Positions 39,601-51,600 of a DNA stretch of 64,000 nucleotides are shown one piece after another. The number at the start of each line of letters is the position of its first letter. Positions within the stretch are counted from its first letter, which is position 1. The stretch lies in NCBI GenBank assembly GCA_964199315.1, contig OZ116702.1, positions 33,170,001 to 33,234,000 on the forward strand, in the 5' to 3' direction. The notes beneath the pieces are model-generated. The model was not told where the DNA came from, did no database searches, and was given only the letters and a program-made list of their open reading frames with translations. The DNA comes from Orbicella franksi (taxonomy: Eukaryota). The translations under genes and the position numbers were made by a program.

Positions 39601-42600
39601 TGGGGTTAACCCCATCATTAAATTCACCAGCACCCATTTGTACACCTTAATGGAGAGAGGTAAAAGGTAAAGTCTGCATGCGAGCCAAGTGGCCCATCAG
39701 ACCGGAGCTTATCCCGATTTCTGTAGCATGACGCGACTAGGAGTATTTCTACTCCCCCCTGGATAGGATGCTAGTCCATCGCAGGGTTACCCCCAGCATT
39801 AAGTTCGCCGGTACCCATTTATACACCTGGGTGGAGAGAGGCACTGTGAGAGTAAAGTGTGTTGCCCAAGAACACAACACAATGTCCCCGGCCAGGGCTC
39901 GAACCCGGACCGCTCAATCCGGAGACGAGCGCACTAACCATGAGGCCACCGCGCCTCCCTAATGGAGAGAGGTACTGTGAGAGTAAAGTGTCTTGTCCAA
40001 GAACACAACACAATGTCCCTGACCAGGTCTGTACACTAACCATGAGGACACCTTGCCTCCACCATTATGTTGCAGTTCTTAAAGTGCCACTGAAACGAAA
40101 TTTTCGTACTCTCTTTTATTAGCCCAATTTGTAGTTTCAAACGTGCTTAAAATAATGGTGAACTTTATTTCTGTCAAATCCTAACGGAAAGTGCTTTTTT
40201 TAGCTGCTGAAATCGAATTTTTGGAGCAAAACTGTGTCCGAGCTCTGGAACCGAATTTAAGGACCTTGTGACATCACTGGTTGTATTCACGCAAGAAGCA
40301 CTATAGATTCTCTCTTGTTTTCACTTGATTTATTCAAGTCTATTTTTCATGTTGTCAATACCTGCTAGTTTTCTACCTTGTAATTTCTGTCCAGTCTTGA
40401 CAGGAAATACATATCACGAACGTTGGAGAGCGCCAACGAGTGTAGATTCACCAAAATAAATGCTACAGATTAGAACAGCTCAGTTACTTTTCGAACATCT
40501 TGAGTACTCGATTGGAGATTTCGAAGACGAGTGTGGCAACTTTTATATCACGTCCTAAAGCCTAAACACGATATTTCATCATCTGTTTTCAGCCTGGTTC
40601 TGAAATTTGTATTCTCACGTTTATCTAAGGTCTATTACACAAGGTGTGAATATATCCTTGGCAACTTTATTGCAGTAAAAGCCGTAAGCGCATAAGCCAT
40701 CCGCACAATCACGAAGTTATTAACGGTCCACAAGCTTTGAGTCGAGTACTTCTCTGCACACAGAGGGCGTCTTTTTATGATACTAATACGTGAGAGTTCT
40801 TGTGGTAGACAAAATGTATCTTTGAAAATTGTGATCAGCAGCAGGGTTTGCTTTATCGCCGCATACGTACCAGTGTAAACAAAGCGGGAATTTTGCTTCT
40901 CTTTTACACGTATCTCCCAATGGCAATATTTCACCGTCGATGGATTACTTTGAGTTCTTTAGCACATACTTATGTCTATGATCTTCATTTAATGGTATCC
41001 AAATTCAAAGCAATTCGTTAAAATGTCACTAGTTTACACTCCTTTCGAAGGTTTATTAAACAGAATGTGAACTAATTTGCATATATCACCTTTCGCCGTC
41101 AACATTGTCACGCTTTCTCTCGTTTCCTGAAAACATACCTGTAGGGTCATGACAGCTTAGTTTACCTTTATAGCTTAAATTCGCTCCCTCACATAAAAGA
41201 AGAGGGTTTCTTAAATTGTTGCTGATTTGATAACTTGTAGGATGTAACAGATACAACTGGACTAAAGGTCACTGTAGCACAATCTCGTCTGCGGTGAAAC
41301 TCACAAAGCGTCTGGTTTCCTCGAAGCGAAGTGACTCGAAACTCGAAGCGTTGTTGCTGCGATTCGTGCAGCAGCAGTCCGGATAATAATTTCAAAAGCC
41401 GCTTTCTCTTGTTTTCATGTCTTTTTTACTTTACGAGTGTAGGTATTGTTTAATTGAGTGGTGGCCATTTCACCAAGAGTCCCGATCATTTTGCGATCTA
41501 GGAACTCCCACTCGTTTGCTTGCTTACATAAAATATCCTGCAAATATCCAATTAAATAGACTGAAAAGCCCCAGGATCGACTCTCCACCTCTTCTTGTCT
41601 AAGGCTACTGTTATTATCTGCTTTACAGCTCTGAGATGTCCTTAAGATGTTTTTGGGGGGGCTTCGAACAGTATTCTCTTCTCCCATAATCACTCTAAAT
41701 TTTCAGCGCGGCATGCGAGTAATACAACCAGTGACGTCACTAGGCTGTTTTGGCCGCGCCAAGATGGCCGCCAATTTTGGGCTTAACCAGCCAACTTCGA
41801 ACGGCTGAAAAAGCAGTTTTTGCTTACCGTATGCGAAAAAAAAGTCCGCAGTGTTTCCAAGTAAGGTTGAAACTTTATTACTAAGCAAAAATCTCACATA
41901 CGAAAATTTCGTTTCAGTGGCACTTTAAGACAAAAGGTTACTTTGATAGTAACAGATGACATCAACGATGCCATGTTCATTGTACCTTGATACCCATCCA
42001 GATCAAGGTCACCAACAGAAGCAAGGGCTTGTCCAAAGTTTGCTCTCCACTTGTCCTTCTTGACAGTAAGCTCCAAGGATAGAACCAACTTTCCATCTCC
42101 TTTATTTTCATATGAATACACTTTCCCTTGTTCAGGGTGTAAATCATCTGAATAAAACGGTGCTCCAACTAACAGTTCTGAAAATCTGGAAAAGAATTGT
42201 TCTCAGCAGTCAGTAGGAGATTCAGGTACATGTAGCAATGAATGGAAGGAACAGTAAAAACACTCCAATCTCAACTATAAGCACTGGACATGATGACTGT
42301 TTCTAGTAGTCAGCGCGGTAAAACCTCTCCATCAATACAGACGAACCACTCATACGCAGCCATCTCAATTGCTATGCCTATGTGGTTTCTTAAGGGAGGT
42401 GGTCACTTTCAAGAAGTTAGATGGGGATTTAAACTTTAAGTCAGCCTGCATCCATTTTCTTAGGATCAATCAACCCATGCTGTTAGTCATGAACATCAGG
42501 TATGAGTGATAAAATGTTCTCATGTAAGAACAGGCTGTGCTGTCTTATCAGAGATGTAAAAGCATCTTGTTACCCAGTTGGCACCCATATAATGAGGTTG

Positions 42601-45600
42601 AATCGTGTGAAGAGGTCACTCCTCAGAGGTTATAAACCATACAGCATTTTAAAACATCAGCCTGAAAAGCTGTCATTGCTTGCGAGAGGTTCCAATTAAA
42701 GTACATGTAAATTTACAAACAAAATTTGGGCATTTTGAAGTTCCCTCTACAGGGTTCAATTGTACATATTATGCGTAACTCAAACTTTGTTGAATATTTT
42801 TCAATGTTAAGGGTTATCAAATCTGAGGAGGGAAAAAAGTTTCTTGTTAAGAGCACCTGACCACATCTCAGTGCTATGTGACCTCACTGCCATACTAACT
42901 AATAATCCTGAATTCCTACTCAACCCAAATCTACTTGTTTATTGTAATACAGAGACAAACAGAAAGGTAATGGCGTCATCTATGCATCTCTCCTCTGATA
43001 AATCATAAGTAAGACCTAATCAAAATGTAGAGTTGACATATCATGTATAGACCCTCACCCGTCATTGTTGAGGTCAGCGGCACACAAAGCAAGGCCAAAC
43101 CCTGTTCCTGGCTGGCGTCTTTTCTCTGAACCTTCCATAATTTCTGGGGGTAACAACACTGTCGGAGTACTACGAAAATTTCCTTCACCTAAATTTCTAA
43201 AGACGACCACCTAAAAACGATTAACATAATAACAAATTAATCAATTAATAAAGGTTAAAACTACAAGTAGGTGCTGGAAATTTACTGAAAGTAGTTCAAA
43301 GCTCAAAAAGGTAGGAGTTGATCAATCTCTTAGACAATGCCAGGCATACAAGTCACAACAAAATTATTAACAATCACCATCTTAAAAGATTATCATCAAA
43401 TAATATTGAATCAAAAAGAAATTGTTCCAACTACATGTATTGCAGCTCTAGGGTAACAGTATTTCTATCAGAATTTCCTTCCATGCAAGGGTTCAATTGT
43501 TCTGAACCTAGGACTGATGTCTTACCATGCCATGGTGGTTAAATCTGGGTGCTCCAGAGACAACATCTGTGAATTGGAATGCAGAAAAAGCCCACATTAA
43601 ATGTGGCTAAATATCATTTAGGCAAGGTTAAACTCGAGCTAATGCAGCCAGCTAGTGTGCCCATCCAGCTAATATCATTTAGGCAAGTTAAATATGAGCT
43701 TATGCAGCCAGCGGTTTCCGTGTTTGGGAGTACGTGACCTGTGGGGCGGCCTTCAGGGGTTTTGCAGGGGTTTATGGTTCATTGCATAATATTGTTGTAG
43801 TGTATTCTGCTGATTGTTGCGGATCAGTTGCACTGCTTTGCTTGCGAATCATTGTGGATTCTTGCCTCTTCGTTGCCTTTGTTCTCTTTCAAGAGCTGTT
43901 GTCTATCATTGTTTATACGATAATGACGGCCAGGTCAACCCGTAACAGTCAAGCGGCGGCCTTCGATGCCATTGTTTCTGTTGTTGAAACGACTCGACCA
44001 CGTCCCAATGATGCAAATCTCCCTCCATCAACTTCACAGACGCCGGTCGTTCCTTTGACGTCTCAAGCTCAGCCTGCTGATCAGCCTTCTCCCGCTTTCT
44101 TGGCATCGGTTATCAATGCGGTCAAGCAAGCCCTTGCGGCCGAACAAGCTTCAAATTTGCCATTGACGCCTCCAGTTTCTTCATCCACGAGTGTGCCGGA
44201 GGCAGCCATGCCTGGGGGCGTTCCTCCATCGTCTCTATCTTCTGGCCAGCTAGATGCTCAAGTCTCAGCCCTGGCAGCCTCTGGCGTTGGCTTTTCGCCA
44301 GTTTCGGCGGTCGCTGCGAGTGCTACGGCGCAAGGTAGGCCCAATTTTGTTGTGCCTTCTTTTGTTTCTACATTTGCCTCGCCAATACCTGCACTCGCAA
44401 CTTCTTCGTCCAATTCCGCTATTGGGACCGCGTCGCTCGCTCTCGGCGGTGTTTCTTTGCCGGCCCAGTCGCCTATACTGCATCAGGCTTTCGTGGTTGG
44501 CCCTGGGTTTTCGCCCATTCCAGCGAAGCTCGTAAGCCAGATTGTGGCTGGGAAGTTTGTAGAGCTGAACGAGCTGCTTTCAGTTAACATAGTTTCAACT
44601 GAGTCCGAGCCTCAGTTGCTGCTCGACGGTCGGTTGGTGCTAACTTCGACACCTAAAAAACCTAAACGGCGCATTGAGGATATATCGAGTTGGCTGGAGG
44701 CTTTCTCAGTGTACAGCCTCATTTTGTCGTCCCACTTCCCTCAGTGGTGGAGGGATTTGCTGCAATACCAGCTTTTGATTCTCCGCACATATCGCCAGTT
44801 CGCCGGTCGGGTTTGGTTGGCGTATGATCGGGCCTTCCACGAACACGCTGCCGCAACGAACTTGACGGACTGGTTGGCCATAAATGTCCAGTTGTTTAAT
44901 TTCCACGCGGCTGGGGCCTCTGTCCGCCCTGGCCGTGAATTGTCAGATGAATCCACGGAGCCACATGGAGCTGCGTCTTCCCACATTATTTGCAAATCGT
45001 GGAACCGAGGCCGTTGTGTTGCTCCTTCTTCATCATGCCGTTTTGCACACAAATGCTCCAGCTGCTTTGGTCCGCGCCGCGTTGGAGCTTGCCCTGGCGA
45101 GCCACCAAGCCAGTCCCGAGCTTCTCCCAAACGGCAAGCTGACTCTTCTCCTTCTCGCTCAGGCAGCAAGTCCAGGCGCTAAGCGATTGAAGTAGTAGAC
45201 TTTAATACTTGTCATTAGGCCCTCCCATACTGTTTTGACTTTGCTGTTAGAGTGGAGGACTTCTAGCTGCAGGTTTAGGTGCGAATAGACACTATCAGAT
45301 TGTTGTTTGTCATTTGCAGCATTATGTTTGTTATTTGCCACCACACTATGTTGTTGTTCGTTCGTTTTAGGAGGGCATATTTACCACTTGTATTTTTTTT
45401 TTTTTTTTTTGACCTTTTGTGCTTGAATTAAATCTAGTCGCTTCAGTTTTCTTTTCGTGGCATTTGTTATTTACCAGGTTGTGCATCAATTAGGGGGTTT
45501 GGGTTGGGGTTAGATATTATGGGGCCAGTTATTGACTCCTGCTCTATTTGTGTTCCTTCCCTAGTTCCTCTCCCCCCAGTTTCAGCAGTCACTCCTCTGC

Positions 45601-48600
45601 AGGCGGAGCAGTTTGCCTGGGAGTTGCGGCTCCATCCCCATCAACCGCAGGTTCATTTTGTATTGGATGGAATCCGTCACAGGTTCAAATTGGGCTTCTG
45701 CCCGGCCCAAAAGCTTAAGGCGGCTAAGAAAAACAAACCATCTGCGCACCAGCATCAGTCTGTCATTGACGACTATTTAGCCAATGAGGTGTCGTTGGGA
45801 AGGGTGGCTGGCCCGTTCGATTCCCCCCCCTTCCCCAACCTCCAAGTCAGTAGCTTTGGTGTTATTCCAAAGAAGGGCTAACCAGGAAAGTGGCGCCTCA
45901 TTGTGGAATTGTCTTCCCCAGGGGGGGCTAGTGTCAACGATGGGATCAACCCAGATGAGTTTACCCTCCACTACATAACTGTGGATCAAATTATTCGCCT
46001 AGTGTCTCGACTGGGAAAGGGGGCCCTCATGGCTAAGTTCGATGTCGAGGCTGCTTACCACAATGTTCCTGTTCATCCATCTGACCGTTATTTGCTGGGG
46101 ATGAAGTGGCGTAATCAATACTATGTGGATCTGGCTCTCCCCTTTGGCCTTCGATCAGCTCCTTTCATCTTCAATGCGATAGCAGACATGGTTGAGTGGA
46201 TCCTCGTGCATTCTTACCAGATTCCAGACCTGCTGCACTACCTCGACGACTTCATCACTGCTGGCCCTCCTGAGTCATCTCAGTGTGCCCACAACTTGAG
46301 TATTGCAGTGTCAGTATGCAGACGTTTGGGCTTGCCACTTCACCCCGGCAAGTGTGTGGGCCCCTCAACTGTGCTCGTGGTCCTAGGTATTGAGCTGGAT
46401 TCCATTAATCAAATCGCTCGTCTCCCCGCCGAGAAATTGTCCGCTTTGCGAGATCTCATTACTTCTTGGTTTTCTCGAAAATGGTGCAATAGGCAGGAGT
46501 TAGAATCTCTCATTGGCCATCTGCATCATGCGGCAAAAGTGGTCTGGCCTGGGAGAACTTTCTTGCGTCGCATGATCGACCTGTTATGCTGCTTTCGCAA
46601 AAGGGATCACCCGGTTCGCCTTAACAGGGAATTTCACTTGGACCTCCTGTGGTGGCACCAATTCTTGTCAGATTGGCACGGTGTTAGCTTTTGGCTGTTC
46701 CCAGGTTTATTGCCAGAGGCAGACGTCGAGGTGGCTTCTGATGCAGCTGGATCAATTGGTTATGGAGCATACCTCAAGGGCCTTTGGTTTGCTGGTTCCT
46801 GGGCTCCTTCTCAACAACAGCAGTCCATCGCTTATAAGGAGCTCTTTCCAGTTGTCATCGCTGCTCATGTTTGGGGACACATGTGGTGCAAGAAGCATGT
46901 CCTTTTCCGTTCAGACAACGATGCTGTCGTCCATGTTTTGAATTCCAGGACTTCTAAAGTACCGTGTTTGATGCGATTACTGCGCAGCCTGCTTCTTGCA
47001 GCCGCTCATCATAGTTTTTCCTTTTCTGCCCAACATGTACCTGGGGTTAACAATCAGATAGCTGATGCCTTGTCTCGCTTTCGTTGGCAGGACTTCAGGC
47101 AGTTGGTCCCGGATGCACAGCTTCACCCTACTTGGATCCCGCCGGAGCTTCTGGCGGACTTGACTTCTCTGCCCTAGAGCAACAGTGCTTTTCCTTTCTG
47201 TCTCAAGGGCTCGCCCCCTCGACACGCCGTTCATATGCTTCAGCACAATCGAAGTTCGTTTCCTTTTGCCGTCAGCTTGGCAAGTTACATCCTTCAGGGT
47301 CCCCGTGCCCAGCAGACGAATGGACACTTTGCCTCTTTGTCACGTTTCTTGCGAGAACTATTCAGCACTCATCTATCAAGGTGTATCTGTCTGGGGTTAG
47401 AGCCCTTCATATTGAACAAGGGTTCCCCGACCCACTTATGAATTGCCTTCGTCTTCAACGGGTTGTACGTGGAATCAAGCGCTGTCAAGGTTCTCCTTCT
47501 TCTTCGCGACTTCCCATTACTGATGACCTGATGTTGGTTATTTGGCGGTCTCTTGACCTTTGCCTCCCGGACCATTGCATGTTCTGGGCAGCTTGTTCAT
47601 TGGGATATTTTGGCTTCCTTCGCACGTCCGAGTTCACTGTTCCCAACCTGTCTAGCTTCTCTTCATCTCTGCACTTGGGTGTTGCGGTGGATTCACCTTC
47701 AGCCCCATCATGCATGCGCATTAAGATTAAAGGTTCCAAGACTGATCCGTTTCGGAAGGGCTGTCTCATTCACATCGGCGTTGGTAGGCATCCATTGTGT
47801 GCAGTGCATGCTCTTATGACTTACCTTGCACTCAGGGGTGATGCTCCAGACCCCCTGTTTTTGTTCCAGAGTGGTCAGCCCCTCTCACGTTCTGTGTTGA
47901 CGGATTGGCTTCGGCAGATCATGGTCTCCGCCAGGATTCCTGGTAACTTCTCGAGCCATAGCTTTTGTATAGGGGCTGCTACTGTCGCTGCTCGCAATGG
48001 AGTACCAGATCATTTGATTCAGTCCATGGGCCGCTGGTCAAGCAATGCCTATCAGCTCTAGATTAGGACCCCGTCGGATGCCTTAGCTGCCCTCTCTAAA
48101 AAATTGGCTTGAGGAAAGCATTTGCGCTACCTGGAACGCCCTTTGGAGCTTATCTCTGGTTGCTGTAGCATGATGTTCCTGGGTCTTTCTTTTGGACTTG
48201 CAGTCCACCGTGGCTAGCTTCCTAGGTATGTGTTTATTTTGCATTTGCCCTTTATACCAGCTGAGTGGTGCTTGGGGGTAGGTTTGGGGGGATCGGAGGT
48301 ACCATGTCACCCTGTCCCCGGGTCCCTCCTTTCTCCAAGCACCAGGAGAAGGGTTTCATCTGGGTGGTTCCTGCTTTCCAGGGTTGCCATGGATACCTCC
48401 TAGCGGCTTATGGCCTTGGCACCCTGCTAACCTTTAAGGCACCAGTTCCCAAGCTCATCTATTTGCGATGAGTTTAAATGTGGCTAAATATCATTTAGGC
48501 AAGGTTAAACTCGAGCTAATGCAGCCAGCTAGTGTGCCCATCCAGCTAATATCATTTAGGCAAGTTAAATATGAGCTTATGCAGCCAGCGGTTTCCGTGT

Positions 48601-51600
48601 TTGGGAGTACGTGACCTGTGGGGCGGCCTTCAGGGGTTTTGCAGGAGTTTATGGTTCATTGCATAATATTGTTGTAGTGTATTCTGCTGATTGTTGCGGA
48701 TCAGTTGCACTGCTTTGCTTGTGAATCATTGCGGATTCTTGCACCCTCTCCTCCCTCCCGTTTTGTTCTTGGTCAGGGTAAGTATTCCCCAGGTAAGTAG
48801 ATTCCACTGAATTTCTTTCAGTGTGACGGTACCGGTTAGCGGACGCTCATTGGGTGGTTCCTGCTTTCCAGGGTTGCCATGGATACCTCCTAGCGGCTTA
48901 TGGCTTTGGCACCCCGCTAACCTTTAAGGCACCAGTTCCCAAGCTCATCTATTTGCGATGAGTTTAATGAAAACATAACTTGTGGTGATTTCAAGTTAGG
49001 CAAGGCATAAAAATTGACACTTTAGCACTTGACTGCTGGCTAAGACATACCATCTTTGTCTTTTGTGAAAAAACTTCCATGTGTCAAAGAATAACCTACA
49101 ATGAAAAAAGTCAAAGTACAGTAAGTGTTGACACACCTCAGGTTTTTTAATTGCACTTTTCAATAAAACATCAACTCTGGTTCAATTAATGGTTGCACTT
49201 CTCACTGTGGTTTATCATTCTGGGATGAAGCCACAACTCAGCTACAGGTTAGTTTCCCAGGCTAAAAGAGAGCTTAATATAAATCACCCACTGAAATTTC
49301 ACTAGAAACTTTCCTGGGATTTAATTATCAAAAATAATTAAAACAGAATATTTTATTAAGCATCTGAAGCATCCATACAAACCTTGATAACCATGCTCAC
49401 TGTTATTTTTCGTGACTTCTTGCTGCGTCCTATCTAAATAAATTAACTCTCCTGAAAAAAAATGAAAACAAAAAACTGATGTTAAGTCATGCCTAGCTAA
49501 AAACCAATTACATAACTTATTTCTCTCTCTTGAGGATTCCAACTACCACCACAGTTGAGATTACACTTAAATTCTAAATGGGCTAGAGTATTGTGCAAAA
49601 GTAATGCAATCCAAATGTGTGAATTTCTCTCTTTGTTCCGCAATTTTTAAAGGAAGTTCACTCAAAATAGCTCCGCGAAATCCTGGGGGCAAAGAGTGTG
49701 CGAAAGAAGGGACTACCGCCTAAGCCAGGGAGTTTGAATTATGCGTTGCTCTCACAACGCAAAAACATGATTGGCTTATGTTAAGAGCGTTGACAATGCA
49801 TTGTCAACATTTGAGACATGTGTGATGTCAGTTGCAGCGAACTGTGTTTCTGAAACACTTTTACCCTATTGATAACAGAAGTTTGCTAAACAAAATTAAA
49901 GCAAATTTTCCGGAAAAGTGAATTGTTCTTGTTCGCCTGACATAGCTGCGAATTTTCATGAGGAGCGAATTTATCACTTAAAAATTTGCACCGTATTATC
50001 ATGCTCAGCTAAATTATCACTCTGATTGTTATGCCACTATAAAAACCATTATCAATAATTATCAAAAACTGTAAACTTTATTTACAGTTGTCACCTTGGC
50101 TCTCTGTTGGGAAGATATCAACAACAAACATTCTGCAAACCTTGATAGTTATAAGCACCAGGGGCTCCTACTAATGATACACCTTCACTCTAGAGCAGGG
50201 GACAGAAAGTTAACAAGTTTTGAGAGAACATTTATTTCTTCATTTATTTATTTGTTGCTGTTCATTATTATATGGCTGTGTCTCACAAGGACTGGGAACT
50301 ACTGAATTCACAAATTTGATTGGCTGAAATTGATATTGAAAGCCGCCTAGATTTTCCCATGTAGACCAGCATCTAGACTGGTAGTGTTTTGTGTATTTTC
50401 TTCTAACAATATTTATTTATGGAAGTGCCAAAAAGGCTGATGTGAAAAAAACAGTAAAGAGGATGGTCAAACTTTGGCAGAATTAAGTTCAGCTCATCGA
50501 AGTTCCTAAGCAAAATGCCAGCTAATACAAACCAGTTACATTAAACAAATTACATTGTTCTTGTTTGCCATATAAAGAAATAAAGTAAGGGAGGAAGAAA
50601 CAAAAGGAAGGCATAAGGGGAGAAAAAAAATGAAAGGGAGGGAGGAAAATCAGCAGGGTGGGTGGGAGGAAAAGTGGGAGAGAAAAAGGGAAGGAAGGGG
50701 GAAGGAAGGAAGAACTTCTGGGTCTGAACCAACAGCAATTTTCACCAAACCAAAATACTCCACAGTTCAAATTCAATTTAAAAAATTCTACTCTGACTCA
50801 TGGATTGTAGCTCACCTTTAAAAAAGAAGCAGCAACCCCCATTTGACAATATTTATGCTCTTTATAATTGATTGTATCTGGACCTCCTCGATTAGCTTTA
50901 TCTAGAAAAAGATCAACGAGCAAGAGTGAAATGATAACAGAAACATATAACTTACACATCTAATTTGGTAAGTGGTTACTCATATCCTGTAAATTACAAG
51001 TAGACCCTTCCCAAAGACATAAACCTTAAAATTTAGTGACATGGGTCAGAGAAAACCATGAACCCTGTGAATAGGCCAGTTCCGAATTTCCTTGTGCCTC
51101 AGTTTCAAAAGGAGTCTTAATGCAAAATCTATCTCATGAAAATGAGTTTGATTTGCCTGAAAATGAACTTGTAGGCAGAACTCACTTTCATATGAATGGT
51201 TTCGCAAAGTGTCATTTTGACACAAAGGTAAAAGGCAACTTGGAAATGGCCTATTCTGCGGCTCTGAGTGCCCTAAAATCAAATGAATTTGCTTACTTTG
51301 ATTTTTCTGTTCACAGGTTTCATAGTTTGTTGTTCTTAAGGAATTCCCCTCAAGGCTTCCCGTTCCAATGCATCGACCGGGATATGTATAAAATGAACCT
51401 TCTATGTGGAGTAATCGATGAGTGCATGCCTAGATATAAAATATAACAACATAGGTTAAATATTGTAGTCAGTGTATAGCTGACTGCTCTCCCCAAGAAA
51501 AATTGCACATTCATTAGCATACATGTTAGCATTGATCATCAAGTTCCTTGCTTAAAACAACTATCTGCAATCTGTGTGATTGATCATTATTTTGTGAATT

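Larger units (their letters stand above)
43601..48967 (+). mobile_element. Ngaro-type (split direct repeat) tyrosine-recombinase retrotransposon, full length, inactivated
   Basis: A1 43601-43865, gag, RT/RNaseH, YR, B1 48361-48477, A2 48478-48742, B2 48851-48967. TTAA core at both host junctions and at the B1/A2 junction. No methyltransferase domain was seen. Confidence 0.93.

Noticed and set aside
39880-39959. tRNA gene
   Set aside because: A and B boxes are present, but there is no full cloverleaf. It continues into a SINE body with tail and TSD.
43003-43188. ORF MKEIFVVLRQ...
   Set aside because: Wrong frame of integrin exon 10; the real frame gives VVVFRNLGEG...DLNNDG.
43606-43712. CRISPR-like repeat-spacer array
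   Set aside because: Only two degenerate units inside a retrotransposon terminal repeat, in a eukaryotic context with no cas genes.
44741-45169. 142-aa antisense ORF in gag (and other short ORFs across 43900-48500)
   Set aside because: These are expected shadows of GC-rich coding sequence, with no motif.
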